A stretch of 64,000 bases of DNA from Ophelia neglecta. Its lineage: Eukaryota. Position numbers and translations under genes: made by a program. Shown piece by piece: positions 1 through 13,137 of this stretch (the stretch's first letter is position 1; each line of letters starts with the position of its first letter). Location: the NCBI GenBank assembly GCA_965285935.1, contig OZ260661.1, forward strand, positions 132,184,001 to 132,248,000. The letters run 5' to 3'. The notes under the pieces are model-generated. The model saw nothing but the letters and a program-made list of their open reading frames with translations. It was not told the DNA's origin and searched no databases.

Positions 1-157
1 AGACCGCCCAAGGGACTGGAAAATACTGGTCTGATTATGGAGGTGGTCTGTTTAGACAGGTTATTTTACATTGAAAGTTTGCAGTATGGTCTTTTAAAAG
101 ACCTAATTTCCAGGTGGTCTGAATATAGAGGTGGTCTTTAAGGCAGGTTTTATTGTA
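1..157. mobile_element. Right end of a Tc1/mariner(pogo)-like MITE, truncated by the window edge
   Basis: Repeated 'aggtggtct' subterminal motifs ending in 'aggcaggttttattg|ta'. The reverse complement TA|CAATAAAACCTG resembles the TA|CAGT-AAACC termini of common invertebrate TA-TSD MITEs. The left TIR is outside the window. Confidence 0.5.
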
Positions 158-160
158 CCT

Positions 161-549
161 TAGGAACAGGTCCTTAGAAGGTTAAGGACAGGTCCTTAGA
201 AGGTCAAGAACAGGTCCTTAGAAGGTCAAGAACAGGTCCTTAGAAGGTCAAGAACAGGTCCTTAGAAGGTCAAGAACAGGTCCTTAGAAGGTTAAGAACA
301 GGTCCTTAGAAGGTCAAGAACAGGTCCTTAGAAGGTCAAGAACAGGTCCTTAGAAGGTCAAGAACAGGTCCTTAGAAGGTTAAGAACAAGTCCTTAGAAG
401 GTCAAGAACAGGTCCTTAGAAGGTCAAGAACAGGTCCTTAGAAGGTCAAGAACAGGTCCTTAGAAGGTCAAGAACAGGTCCTTAGAAGGTCAAGAACAGG
501 TCCTTAGAAGGTCAAGAACAGGTCCTTAGAAGGTTAAGAACAAGTCCTT
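161..549. repeat. 22-bp minisatellite (caagaacaggtccttagaaggt), ~17.7 copies
   Basis: Directly visible: 'ggtcc' recurs every 22 bp (e.g. 191, 213), with only a few variant bases. Confidence 0.97.
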
Positions 550-1674
550 GTGGTGACCAGCGGTAAGAGGGCTGAGGTAGAGTGCTACAAGCAGGCTATC
601 GTGACAACCAGCGGTTCCATGGCGAAGCTGAGACCATTTTCTCAGCTCCTGATCATCACATTGTCGGATTTCTGCACGGCAAGATTCAACAGAGGAACAG
701 TGAGGTTTGGTATTAAAAGCTGGAGTACTGAAGAGTTTATAAGCTGTGCGGAAATCTCCAGTTTATAAGTAGTTTGATGGCAGTTTGCGAGGACAGTGTA
801 ACTCATTTATATTTAATTTAAAGACATGTTTACTTCAGAGACTCTCCTTTCTGTTATTAAGAAGGTCAATGAGTAATGTTTCAATGAAACCATAGAAAAA
901 GATCTACATGAGAACATAGAAGCTCATTTAGATATCTACCTTTTTATAAGCCAATTGGTTCTATAATCTCATCTGCATAAACACTAGTACTGCTGAACAG
1001 CCTGTATGGTACAACTTAGGTTAATTCAATTACACGTGTCCAAAGGAAATATTTTAGGGGCCTAAATTTAGTTTTTGCTACACGTCTTTCTATAGAGCAT
1101 ATACATATATAGCATAGGTTATATGCTTGAAGTCTGACATTTTGCAATTTATGTCGCAGGGTCTCCAGTCTAACATATCTAATACACTGTCAACTGGATT
1201 GGAAAATTATTACTTAATCAATATTGTCGTATTAATCGATGTGAAAACGTAGGCTTTTATCACATTTGAGGGCGTTAATCTTTATTTAAACCATAATTTA
1301 ATAAGAGGATAAAAGGGAAAACCGTTGTTGAACGGATGGGATAAGTTGTCAACCTTGATTGTACAAATGCCAAGTTTAATACCGAATCCGCACCGAACTT
1401 CCATTGAATTTACTAGATACGGTATATATATGTGTATGTGTGGAACGTTTGTACACGTGTAGCCTAGTATTACATTAAAGGAGCAACTCGCACTCTGCAC
1501 CTTAAAACATAGGTCTGTGTCCTCCTTATGACCTTGTACCGGTTGACAATGCCGCAGTATAAATTTACTACCGTTCTCGGGGGTGCAGTCTTATTTACTC
1601 AACAAACGTTGTCACTTTGAATAAGTCGACGATTGTCAACTGACCCTGTGTCTCTTGAAGTCCCCCCCCCCCCC

Positions 1675-1736
1675 CTCGCCTCTCCATAGGTGCTCTTTTT
1701 GGCCACAAGCCAAAGAGGGCAGCACATGGAGACGAG
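1675..1736. repeat. Imperfect palindrome, possibly a mini-MITE
   Basis: Left arm ctcgcctctccataggtgctctttttggc pairs imperfectly with right arm gccaaagagggcagcacatggagacgag. Confidence 0.5.
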
Positions 1737-4700
1737 TGTCGGCTTCGAAGGACTGGGAGTCAAATTATGATGCGTGGGTATTTTTCAACTGCTCGCATGA
1801 TGTTGATTCTTGTTTGTAGTGACAAGTCCTGTTTGCAGGTACAATACCAAATATTACAGAGATGTAAAATAACTATACCCAGCTCATCGACTGTGCTGTA
1901 CGATTACTTAAGGGATAATGGACACTACCCCCAGAGTTGTTCTAAAACCTGTCTGCATTAACAGTCTTGCTTCTGGTGGTAGGTGATAATGAAAGAAGGG
2001 ACCATCAGTCACGTGACTATTAAATTACCGATAATCTCCAATCGATTGTACATTGTTCAGAGGTGGTCTTGATGCCTCTGGCTCAGCAGGGTCGGCACAG
2101 CTGAGCACGATACTAGCCCATGATTGAGTTCGTCAATGACAAGTTGCTACTCAATCATAGCCTGACCTAAATTCTCAAGTATTTACTAGTTGCATAAGAG
2201 GATAATTGTGTCATAGTTTCTTATGTCATTCATCGAAGCAAAGACTTATACTTATAAACAATGTAGTTATAAAACCTGAGGTCTGGAGCTGTTAGGCCCT
2301 ACAATTAATGCTGCTCTTGGTCTGCCGTGACCGCCTCGCGATCGGGCTGTCAGTTTCTAATGGCTGGAGTTTTTGCGAACAATTAAGAATCCTTCACAAT
2401 GACGCTACCACATTTTTTTTTGAGTATTTTATCCCAAGTAGTTTTTTTCATTTGAGGCTACTATTCTATCTTTAAACACTGGATTGCAATATATATAGGT
2501 GTCAATAAAACCTCATTTGACCGCGAATGACAAGAACAGCACCCGCTCTCTGCGACTCAGTACTGCAGGCTTTAGGTATAGTTATAATAAATACCTGAAA
2601 TTCTGAAATCAATGAATGGACATTTTGCCAAAACATATCTAACCATCTGATCAAAAGTTTTCTGAGGCAACGAAAATTACGGGCCTTTGAAGCTCTGTTT
2701 TGCTGCAAAAAAACTATCGTCAATGTATGAATTGCTGAAAAAGTATGGACTTATTTAATGAATTGACCAGCCACCTTGATAAAATGGTTGAAAGCAGTGA
2801 CGTCTGGAGCCAGGCGTGCTAAATGGACACCTAATGACTTCCTCACAAAATAAATGGAATGTCGCGAAAGAGTCTATGGACGCCGGCATTCCAAAGGTCA
2901 GACGCCCTCTGGCGTAAACCTTCAACGAGCGCGGCCTACAGTACGCATCAACGGTAGGCCATATACGAACAGTCATATATTTATATGAAACTTGATAAAC
3001 ACATGCTCCCTGTGTGTCGTTTATGCCGCAAGCGTAAGACATAGTCAAGGCGAGATTTACGACAAAACCGCCATTTTTCGACTTCACAGGACGAAAGCCT
3101 TTCCTACGCAAACACCCTTCTAACCAGATGCGCCTGAGCGTCAGCTACAATCGCAGCTGATAAAAGTAAGACTAAACGCCGCGGGCATCCAAGACAACAT
3201 TAACCGAGCACATAAGTTGGACTTTAAAATCAATAAGCTTTCATGGTCGCTGAACGACGCCAATGTCAGATAAGAAGGTGTCGTGATACGCTGGTGTATT
3301 AACGGTTACAGGGTCCGGATTATAGGGGGTCGATGATATACGGGCTGACAGGCACTAAACAACAGATTAGTTCCATGAGAGTCCTGTAGGAGGTGTCTTT
3401 GGCACTAACCGCTCAAGTCGCAGGTGATCTGAAGAAACGGCGAATAGAAAGAGGGGGGGGGGGAGGGAGGGGGGGGGGCTTCAAAGACTCATCAGGTAAA
3501 ATGGACAAACACATGCACATTCGAAGGTGGTTATAGCTTCTTTCCTTTTGAATTGAATAATTAATCTAGCTTTAAGTATGAGAATGTACTTAATCACCGC
3601 CGTATAATGACGGCCTGGCTAAACTGGGAATGAAAAAGTCCAGACAATATCGCTTTTACTGTGGGATGTAATATTGTTATTTTCTCAATAGCACTGATTT
3701 CTCTTCCCTTTAACTTTATCTAAGCTGAAGCCTTGCACTGAACCGGTGGTCAGATAGAATTATACGTTAGGCTTGTTGTTGAATTTGAAATCATTAGAGG
3801 GCATTTAATCCTGACCGTTGCCTAGTGCTATTGGTGAACAAGTGACAAAAATATAAAATCAACAAAGAAAAAAACTTGATATCAAGCTTTACACTTACGG
3901 ATGTTTGTTTTTTCTAGTAACCAGCCCAGGGACAAATTCCCAAAGCACACTGTTTGCGAGACCACGGTCATTCAAAGTTCCTTGGCTTATTGCTATGACG
4001 CGATATCAAAAGACCTAGGGGATGGTTATCCTCTCGGCTGCCTTTTGGCGCCAAAATGGCAGCCGACACCCCTTAAAGCTCTTAAAATCAGGAAAGTGGG
4101 AATATAGCGCTGCCAGGCTTCCTTTTATCACCCTGAATTTAATAATTAAGGTACTTTTCCTGACATAAATGTGCCTAGGCCTCGCAGGTAAGGTGCACCG
4201 GCGTACTTACAGCTTCCCGGGAGGTGTCTAGGCCAAAGAGCGGAAACGCCTCCCATAAAAAATAAACTGTCAGAAGGCGCAACAGCAATGAGCCTACCAG
4301 TGCGATATGCGTAATATCGTAGCATATCTCTGTAATATCTAGAAAAACCAGCACATTAATGTTGAAATATGAAGGTGCTTGACTATACCACTGACCTACT
4401 TTTAATAAATTTAAAAAATGAAACGCTAATTAAGGTTAAGCAGTCACTGAATCGTGCGAGGATATTCGACCAAAAAGGTTCTTTTTCCTAAGATGTGTTC
4501 GTAGACATCTCTTGCTTTCAAAATCGGTGAAGTAAGTTGCCATGCTAGTATGTGTGGGTTGTGTTTGGGGGGGGGGGGGATTTCGCTACTTCCTGTTGCT
4601 TTCCTGTGTGTCGTCTGCTATTGTGAGTCAGCGTATTTACGGCAGTACAACCTTCCGCCAACGCCTGGCGTGATTCAGGTTCAATAAAACTCCAGAAAAT

Positions 4701-7700
4701 GTCCAGTCAAATAAACTTTGCGAGATGAGACTCTTGACAATAATGGACGCTATACGTACCAGGATAATGACACCCATTGCGATGGGTACCCGGAAACTAT
4801 TATTTGCCACCGCGTCCCTAAAGCGTCCTTCAAAACTTCCGGCACGTGATCAAAAGGCTTGGCCTCCGTTTTTCCTGTTAAAGGTTAATGGGCCCTACCA
4901 GCTAAAATGTGGCTGAATGTAGCACTTGGGGTTTCAACGAAACCACACCTTACGGGTAATGTGTCAATCGAGTTCAACAAACCGATATAAACTAGGCTAC
5001 ACTCCACGGAATCGGCGAGGTACACCAAGTCAGACGACACGTACCAAGGAAAAAGCCGTACGCGTCAATTACTTGCCGTCAGATTACCCATTTGAGACAA
5101 TCAGAAATTTTACCTTCAAGTAGCATTCAAAACATTCAGTGAGTGAACTAATACATAATTAATATTAAAGGTTATATTATTTGGGGCCATTAATGATGAT
5201 AACTTCACACTTATACGTCCGGCGTATTTGCCACACAGATCAATATAAAAACTACCGCGGGCGTCGGACTTTTTTTCTGAACAAGCGCACGTCAAAACCA
5301 ATAAAGTAGATCGCTGCCCTACGAATATCAAGTATCAACTTTTATTATTTATCAGTTTGTTTATAGTCAACTAAAACAGAAGTACTTAAGTAGCTGAGAT
5401 AATGAGTAACATAGTGTTACACGATGACAAAAAAGTAAGGTATTATAAATTCAAATCATATAGCAAATAAAGGGAATATTGAACAATTTATGAATTAATT
5501 TAACAAGAATAAAAGCAGATACAAAACTGTAAAAGTAAATAGCAAATTATAGTAATAAGTACAATAAATATAAGATGTGTAGACAATATTGCACTACTAA
5601 GCGGTTTCTAAATGTGTCAGATTGACGTTCACGGCTCCAATTTTGCGGCAAAAATTGCTTCATATTAGAAAAATCAATCAAATAAGCCATAAGCTCATCC
5701 CAAGTCCTATATTTGTATAGCATCGATGGCTGGAGGTTGCATATTCAAGGCTCATTTATCCTTCTTTCATTGACACACATTGTTATTCACCATTTGAAGT
5801 AAGAATATATTATTACATGATTACTGAAATTCGGAATTGAGTCATTGCATCGTAAAAAAGTGCAGGTATAATCTAAAAAAGAGCTCTCTGACAACTACAT
5901 TTCTTCAGCATGCATGCAGTTTCGTTTAGCAGAAACGGTCTGCCTCTTCAACACCACAGGCCCTTATTCATTGTTTACCATCTACTACGCATAAATAAAT
6001 TGATATATGGTTACGAAATAGATAATACATATAAGCAGTGGTAGGTAAAAAACACACACAGAAAACTGACTCGGATGACTGCCGTCAACACCCGCTCATC
6101 TGCCCGCGTATTTCTCGCGCTGCCCTTAAAATCTTCACGCTCGAGTATATACTTCTTGTACACATTACCATTCTATTCAAAATATATTCATAAAGGGGTG
6201 GTCATAGGGAACTTAGCCGATAGGTGGGCATATATCCATTACAAGGGGAGCTGGTTTTCGACCACATAGAAACTAAGTCATGATGTCAAATAAACACATA
6301 ACCATAATATTAAGATTAAGGCGTGCGGGGTGGGCGGGTTGGGGTGGATATCGGCCCCATAGGCCTACCCTCATCTGTATTTTATGCATGGTTGAGTGGA
6401 CTGGGCTTAACTGGTTTTCTAGTAGACACTTTAAACTTTCGTTCAGCCGACAGAACGATATAGGGGAGGGCCGGCTAATTTTGCGCACGTTTTAATCACC
6501 CAGAATGTGGGCTTATTCCGCGACGTCCGAAGTTTTTTTCAACCGTTCGTCTCCGTTTGCATGCGTTTCTTGTCCTATTCTAGATCGGGGAATGCGTGTC
6601 TTGTCGGGCAAAGTCCGGAGAGGTCCGTTCAATCCGACAGAAGCTTTAATGCAATAAATGCATATACAAAACCTGGTATGGACACCACCGGGCAAAGCCG
6701 TCCGCAGGTTGAATTGCGCTAAGCGCAGCGCCAACTCTTCTACTACCTGCGGGACGTTAGTTCATTTCTAATCATAGATGCGGACCTTTTAAATTACATA
6801 GTAAACACTTTTCATCATTCTTTTTTTAGTTGCCGAACTTTAAGGTATATATTTAAGCACAGTTTTACAATATATCGTTTTTGCGTGTTTGTGAAAATAG
6901 TAACCGGACTTTTATCCTATGAAATCCAGGTGGAGATGACAAATTCAAGTAATGCCTATATATCGGTGTATGACTAACGATTACTGCAGTACGAGTACGA
7001 GATATCAGAAACTACACAAATCTATCCCTGATCCCGCAATACACAGATCCAAATGTTAACTGAGGCCAATTTGCAGGAAAATAAGAGAGAAAGCTTGGTG
7101 TGATAGTTTAATAAACTGCCCCGTCTAAACCACAAGAAGTGTTCGACCCGTGGGGGGATCTACAATCTATGATTTTTAAGTTATATTCCACACAAATTGT
7201 GCTCGAAAAAAGCTAGTTACTTCGCGGATTTAAGCTGTTCGTGAAAGAGCCTGACACTTAACCAAAATGGCACCGTCCAACTTGGAATACTACCGCCGGT
7301 CGAAATGATTTACTTTGTGAAAGTCAAATAATATCTTTGGGGATTAAATTACACCTCTCCTTCCGCTTGGCTAACCAAGTGGAACGTAGATTAATAATGC
7401 CCATGCTCACTGATCTGAAATCACTAAGGAAACTGTGGGCGTGTCGCAGAGTAGGTTTTACTAAATAAATATCAATATATTGCTTGCCGGAAGAGAATGC
7501 GGAAATCTAAGAAAAAAAAATGAAAGAGTAGGTACATTTGTTTAGGTAAAAACGTATGTGCTGGTGCTGGTGGGTCTTGCTTTAGTAAAGTCGATCTAAT
7601 GGTAACATAGAGTCCATGAATGGCTACCTGAAATCAGCCAAAGTCTCATCAACTATATGTATACCTTTGTAAAAACCTAAACTAGAACCCGATTTGTAAC

Positions 7701-10306
7701 TACTGAATGTAAAATCTCATGTCTCATTTTACAACGCCTTCATTGGTAAACAAATAAATGTTGGAATTGAGGAATTTCATGTAGGTCTTATATTCAAATA
7801 TATGTAAAGTAACAATATCAATATGGGGACCCGGCCTATAGAGGATAACAAATTTTGCCGTCCAGTTTAGCCCTTTTTGATATATATTCTAAATAAATCA
7901 GTTGTGGATTGTAACAGAGCGGACATTGAAAGTTCAAAACATCGCCTCTCTGCTAAAATTACTAAGTATTTTCACTCGAATATTTAAACAAGCCCCCCCC
8001 CCCCCTCCCCCTCTCACTCTGTAAAAAAACACAATAAGTCTAATATAATACTGACCATTACTCATGAATTCAAAATGTTTACGCCCGAACAAGCAAGGGG
8101 AGGAGACGGTGGTATATGGAACCGATAATCTCTAGTCGAACCCGAGCCACATAATGCCACAAATCCCGCGAGGGTATTTGCATGCCCTTAATTGGGATAA
8201 TCTGTCAAATGGTGTGTGCATGTAACTGTCTAGTGTTACTTACTATTTATAATGTATATTAGTAATAAAAAATTTTCGGAAAATAAGTGGATACAATAAA
8301 CGTGGAGGACGATACGATGAAAGGAAACACAGTTGGCTTATCACGTCTGCGTCAAGAGCAACTCTAGAACTTTCTTCGAAGAATGTTATGAACGAGGAGC
8401 CGGAGAGTTTATCTAGTTTTCCTAAAATTATTTTGACATATCCTGTTGCAAAATCCTAAGGAAGATGGTTACAATAACAACATGTCTTTTCGTGTTTAAA
8501 AATGTTCCGTTGTCCCTAAAGGATCTTTTTTTTTCTGTGAAAAAGTAAGTGGCCTCCGTGATTCGCCCGCAGACATTAAAATAAAAGTTCGCTAGGGACC
8601 TTTGGTGTCGGAATTCGGTCCAGGGCGCGGATTATCGTCCAAAGGTGGTGTGAGTAATTTGGTCTTCAAAATTAACGTTGTAATAATTCTTTCCCTTGCG
8701 ACCGACCCTTGACCGTGGGGTTTCAATTGCGTGAAGGATCACAATAGACTCTAGATAATAAAAACTGCTTACGACTTCGGAGCCACCTATAATGTCACCT
8801 GGGGCGTCACTATAGGATTATGCGCTTAAAATTGCCAGTGAGATTACAGAGAATATATCAAAATGCGTTTTATTGAGTTGAAAACAGCTTGTTTGTCCAT
8901 GGGGGTGGAATTGAGCAGGTACGACTTAACCGTTTGAGACAAGGCTCGTCCCTCTCTCGGGGTAAAGTACCGCGAGACTTGGATATATACGAGAACACTA
9001 ACGAGATGTTACGAGATACACAGGCTTTGAGTGGTTTACATTAAAGTACATTGTATATTGACTTTGGACGTGATTACAAGAGTGTCATCTATCTCGAAAG
9101 CAATTACCGTGCATTGATTACATTCTTAAAACACACACTTCAACTTCAGCCAACCAGATTCAAACGACCTAAAAAAATGGCCCCTATTTATAAGGGTCAA
9201 ATTGTTGATTTTATGTCGTGCATTTTTCATTGCAGCTTAGTTTAATTACTAGAAGCAAGCGTATTGCGTATATTATTAGCGATATTTATCATTAAAAATA
9301 GTAATTAAAGCATTTCTTGTAAAATGCAGGTAAAGGCAATGATTTCGTGAAGGGACTACATAATCTAGGCCTATAAAGGTTTCATTTTACGCAGGCCGCG
9401 TTCAATTTAACGCTTTTCGCATTTCTCATGCCCCGTTCATGAAATTTTTCGTAAACTATTACAATTATCTGTGGTGGGACAAAATATCAATACTAAAACA
9501 TGTTTATTTCTTGAATAAACCAGAAAGCGTGCTGAAGATTAAATTTAGGAACGAGTAGACGCTTTCATTATATGATAAATTTGTTTTTCCAGCATAATCC
9601 CTGAATTGGGAGACGATTTGTTTTATGAGTGGATGGATCGCAAGTATACCCATGTTTTCTCATCCTAACATTTATTTAAATATGACTCTCTATTCCTGCT
9701 CCGGGTTCTTGTGTTAGGTTTGCCTTTTCCATCTTTTTCATTCGCACTTAAAGTTTCTTGTACACATCTTTTTTGTTGCGCACATGCCTATTTTGCTATT
9801 ATCACATTTATCGACGGTTTAGGCTCTCTCTGGTTAACATTTCTAACATCAATACACCAATAAAGAAAAAGTTAAACATAATTCTATTCTTTGTGTTAAA
9901 TTCAGTTATTTACACAAAGTGACTTGCGATGAGGATTCAAAAATCATTATATTATAGCGAATACCGTAAGTAAGAAAGTTGCATGGCAGTTTTTCCGTGC
10001 TTTTGCAGCAAGAGTTTAATGTTTTTCCAATTAAGCGGTTGCTCGGAAGATTTACATTGTTTCCTGTCCAGATAAATTTCCCTAATTTTCTGTAAGTCAA
10101 ACCTTTATAACCGGACGATTATTTTACACTATATATAGTGAAACACATCATGCCAATACTGAATAGGCACATATATCGGAGGTGAATGGGTGTAAGAACC
10201 ATAGCGATTGTGAACAATTTATAATACCCAACGACAGTAAAAAAGAGTCTATGCACTTACCACGAAGGTATTTAATAAGATTCGTTAGGTAAAAAACAGA
10301 ACTCAC

Positions 10307-10520
10307 CTTTTAAGTATTTGAAAAGTAGCTCCGGAGTTTGAAGAGCTGTAGTCCCTTTACATACCACGGCGAGCAGACGACCTCGAAGTTTGCGCGCTCC
10401 AATATACAGTGTCGTCTGGCGTCATTCGCTAGAGACTAGCGCGTGGCGTCCCAGAACGCACGTGCCGCGCACATGATACCGAGGGTGGAAAGAAAGACGT
10501 CTGTGGCTGCGCAAGCACCG
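10307..10520 (-). promoter_or_regulatory. Putative CpG-rich promoter and non-coding first exon of a minus-strand gene
   Basis: Local GC/CpG enrichment with a CACGTG E-box and GCGC motifs. A perfect donor AAG|GTGAGT lies on the minus strand (intron starts at 10306). Downstream exons were not identified. Confidence 0.45.
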
Positions 10521-11035
10521 GGAGAAGACCAATTCTAACACGTATATACGGTATCTGGGCAACTTTAATGACAAAACATAAAATGTTGTTCAACTAAACT
10601 ACAAAAAGTATAAAATATCAATCAGGCAATAAGCACAGTTTGCCATGTATTTCAAACTTCAGTGTTTGGATTTATATTTCTTAGAAGGCATATAGGCCAA
10701 TAGCGGAGAGGGCGGCAATGCGCAATAGCGGGCCAGATTTTCTAGTTCGCTCCAGATATTGATACCGCAAATTTTCGACTCCACACTCAGTTTGATAATA
10801 ATATCAATGCCGAACAAAGGACTTCACTACTGGGTGGGAAGAGTCGATTGCTCTTCGATAGGGCAAAAATTCCTTTTTAGATCCTTTATATCTATTATCT
10901 ATTTTCCACCAATTTCTGTACTGATTTCGTTGTGAAGTTTATAAGTAATAAATTACTAACGAAATGAATCCGATCAATGTCACCTTTGTTGTTTATCCTT
11001 AGGGTCTTTTGGGTACAATGTTAAAAGCTATATTC

Positions 11036-11268
11036 ATAACATTTGGGACGTGTTCTACATATCAGATTTAGCCGAGGTGGCAGAAAGGGTAGTGTCTATG
11101 CGTCTGGTGCCTTCCGCCAATGTCTCTATCTCCACAACCACAGGTTTCGGCCCTCCCTGTTGTTCTCCGGCTTTCTGTTAACGGCGAAAGCGAAAGCTGC
11201 GGCGAAAGCAGCTGGGCCTACTAAAATGAGCTTGCATGATCACAGTAATAACCCTACCCTAACCCCCT
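11036..11268. repeat. Left copy of a 233-bp target-site duplication
   Basis: Identical by eye to 13138-13370 (offset 2102). The two ORF-track translations starting at 11043 and 13145 are identical over the duplicated part. Confidence 0.95.
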
Positions 11269-12972
11269 GGCCCTCTGCAACACTGTAAGAAACAATCAAA
11301 TAACGTACTTTTATCATACAACGTACAGGAAAGTGTTCGTTACTTCACAAGTCGGGGTAGCAAGGTATATTCTGCCTTTCTAGATATTGACAAAGCATTC
11401 GATCGTGTGTGGTGGGATGCGCTCTTGTTAAAATTGTTTAAATTAGGCATACAGGGGCGATTATGGAAACTAATCCGAGAGTGGCTGATTGGGTCTAATA
11501 TGTGTGTTCTCGTCAATGGGACAAATTCTGATGGGTTTGACATTACACGGAGTATAAAGCAGGGGGGCGTTTTATCTAGCCTCTTCCTTGCTGTGGCTTA
11601 CTATGACTTACACGAGGTGTTGTTACGTACTGGAGATGGTCTCCAGGTGAGGGATATAGATGTGAGCAGCCCCACTCTTGCTGATGACACCACTCTCCTC
11701 TCACCCACTTGCGCGGGCCTGCAAAGAATGCTAGATGCGGCTAACCAATATGGTCGAAAGTGGAGACTGCAGTTTTCTCCAGCGAAATGTGAAATAGTCG
11801 TTTTCGGGGAATCCCCGTCACAATATAATAGATATAAGAACATTCGACGGTGGCATCTGGGCAGTAATGAACTAAAACAAGTTTACCGTGTAACCCATGT
11901 CGGTGTTCAACTGGCTGGTAACTTTGCCTCTAGTCAGCGTACTGATGATATGTGTAGTAAGGGCCGTCGACTACTGGCTGGACTTTCTGGCACAGGTGTT
12001 ATTAATAATAGGTTAAACCCACTGACCTCTTCAAAATTATGGACTCAAGTCTGCATTCCGTCTATGTTACACGGAGCAGAGGTTTGGAACGACCTTACTG
12101 CCTCAGAAATAAATCAGATAGAAACTGTGCATAGGTTTGCAGCAAAATCTATACAAGGTTTGATTCCCCGTACGCACACAGACATTGCTCTTTCGGCATT
12201 AGGCTGGACTTCAGCCGAAGGTATCATAGACAATAAAAAACTCGCATTTCTTTTGAAACTAGTCACTTTGCCAGTTAACCATTTGGCGGTCTCACTATTT
12301 CGTGTACTGTTGGACGATTACCAGAATACTGATGATAAGAGTCAATATAAAGGTTTTATTCCTGATATCATCAGGGTCCTTGGTAAATATGACCTTTTAG
12401 ATATTTGGTCACAATATGAAACAAGTATATCTTTTCCGGCGAAACACTTATGGAAGAACCTTGTTAAATCTGCCATTAGTAAAAGCGAAACTGATCGAGC
12501 GAACAATAACATTAAACAAAATTTGGACTGCTTGCTCTTTATAAATATCCACCCACAGCTGTTTGAAGCCCCATTGAAATTGTACTATATAGCTAAGCGT
12601 ATTCCTTCAATTCTCAACCATATAAAGAATTTATTGTCACTTTTATCTCTATATAACTCGTGTCTGGAAATCAAGTGTGTTTTGTGTGATTATCAAGTTA
12701 TTGATCCTCTCGGTCACATGCTTTGTGACAGTGGCTGTGCTTACTTGTCTGATCTCCGCAATGTTATGTGGGAGGATATTGTCAATTTACTGGATCCTCC
12801 AGATTTTGTTAAATTGTATAACCTTTCGCACGATGTAAAGTTCATACCTGCAGTACTTGGAAATGAACAAATTGTTAATATTGATGGTAGTAGGTACGAT
12901 GACTTGGTAAAAATAGTAGTGGAAACATTTGGGCCTTTTTCAAAGGCCATATATACATATTCTTACTTATAA
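11269..12972 (+). CDS. LINE ORF2 fragment: reverse transcriptase plus C-terminal Cys/His region (no endonuclease, 5' truncated)
   Basis: The frame is open upstream of the annotated GTG at 11407 (PLQ..SYNVQE..FLDIDKAFDRVW). It continues with KQGGVLS, LADD, FSPAKC, SMLHGAEVW and a C-terminal CVLC..H..C. Confidence 0.9.
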   Translation, partial: GPLQHCKKQSNNVLLSYNVQESVRYFTSRGSKVYSAFLDIDKAFDRVWWDALLLKLFKLGIQGRLWKLIREWLIGSNMCVLVNGTNSDGFDITRSIKQGGVLSSLFLAVAYYDLHEVLLRTGDGLQVRDIDVSSPTLADDTTLLSPTCAGLQRMLDAANQYGRKWRLQFSPAKCEIVVFGESPSQYNRYKNIRRWHLGSNELKQVYRVTHVGVQLAGNFASSQRTDDMCSKGRRLLAGLSGTGVINNRLNPLTSSKLWTQVCIPSMLHGAEVWNDLTASEINQIETVHRFAAKSIQGLIPRTHTDIALSALGWTSAEGIIDNKKLAFLLKLVTLPVNHLAVSLFRVLLDDYQNTDDKSQYKGFIPDIIRVLGKYDLLDIWSQYETSISFPAKHLWKNLVKSAISKSETDRANNNIKQNLDCLLFINIHPQLFEAPLKLYYIAKRIPSILNHIKNLLSLLSLYNSCLEIKCVLCDYQVIDPLGHMLCDSGCAYLSDLRNVMWEDIVNLLDPPDFVKLYNLSHDVKFIPAVLGNEQIVNIDGSRYDDLVKIVVETFGPFSKAIYTYSYL

Positions 12973-13137
12973 TCTACATTACATAATCATATACATTAAT
13001 CAATTGTACCAATGAACTATTATCTAATTGTTGTATATAACTTTGTTTTGTTTTTTGGGTTTTGTTTTTTTGAATTATGTACTATATCTTTGGCTGTATG
13101 CTGCTCCGATTAAGTTCGGGATAATAAACCTATAATA
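11269..13137 (+). mobile_element. 5'-truncated non-LTR retrotransposon (RTE/RTEX-like LINE)
   Basis: Open RT frame from the junction to 12972, a short 3' UTR and a (taa)n-like tail 'aataaacctataata'. Flanked by a long perfect direct repeat. Confidence 0.9.

Noticed and set aside
161-549. CRISPR-like array
   Set aside because: No unique spacers; it is a pure head-to-tail tandem repeat in eukaryotic DNA.
2755-3350. GC-richer region with short ORFs on both strands
   Set aside because: No motif, splice support or family resemblance that I can defend.
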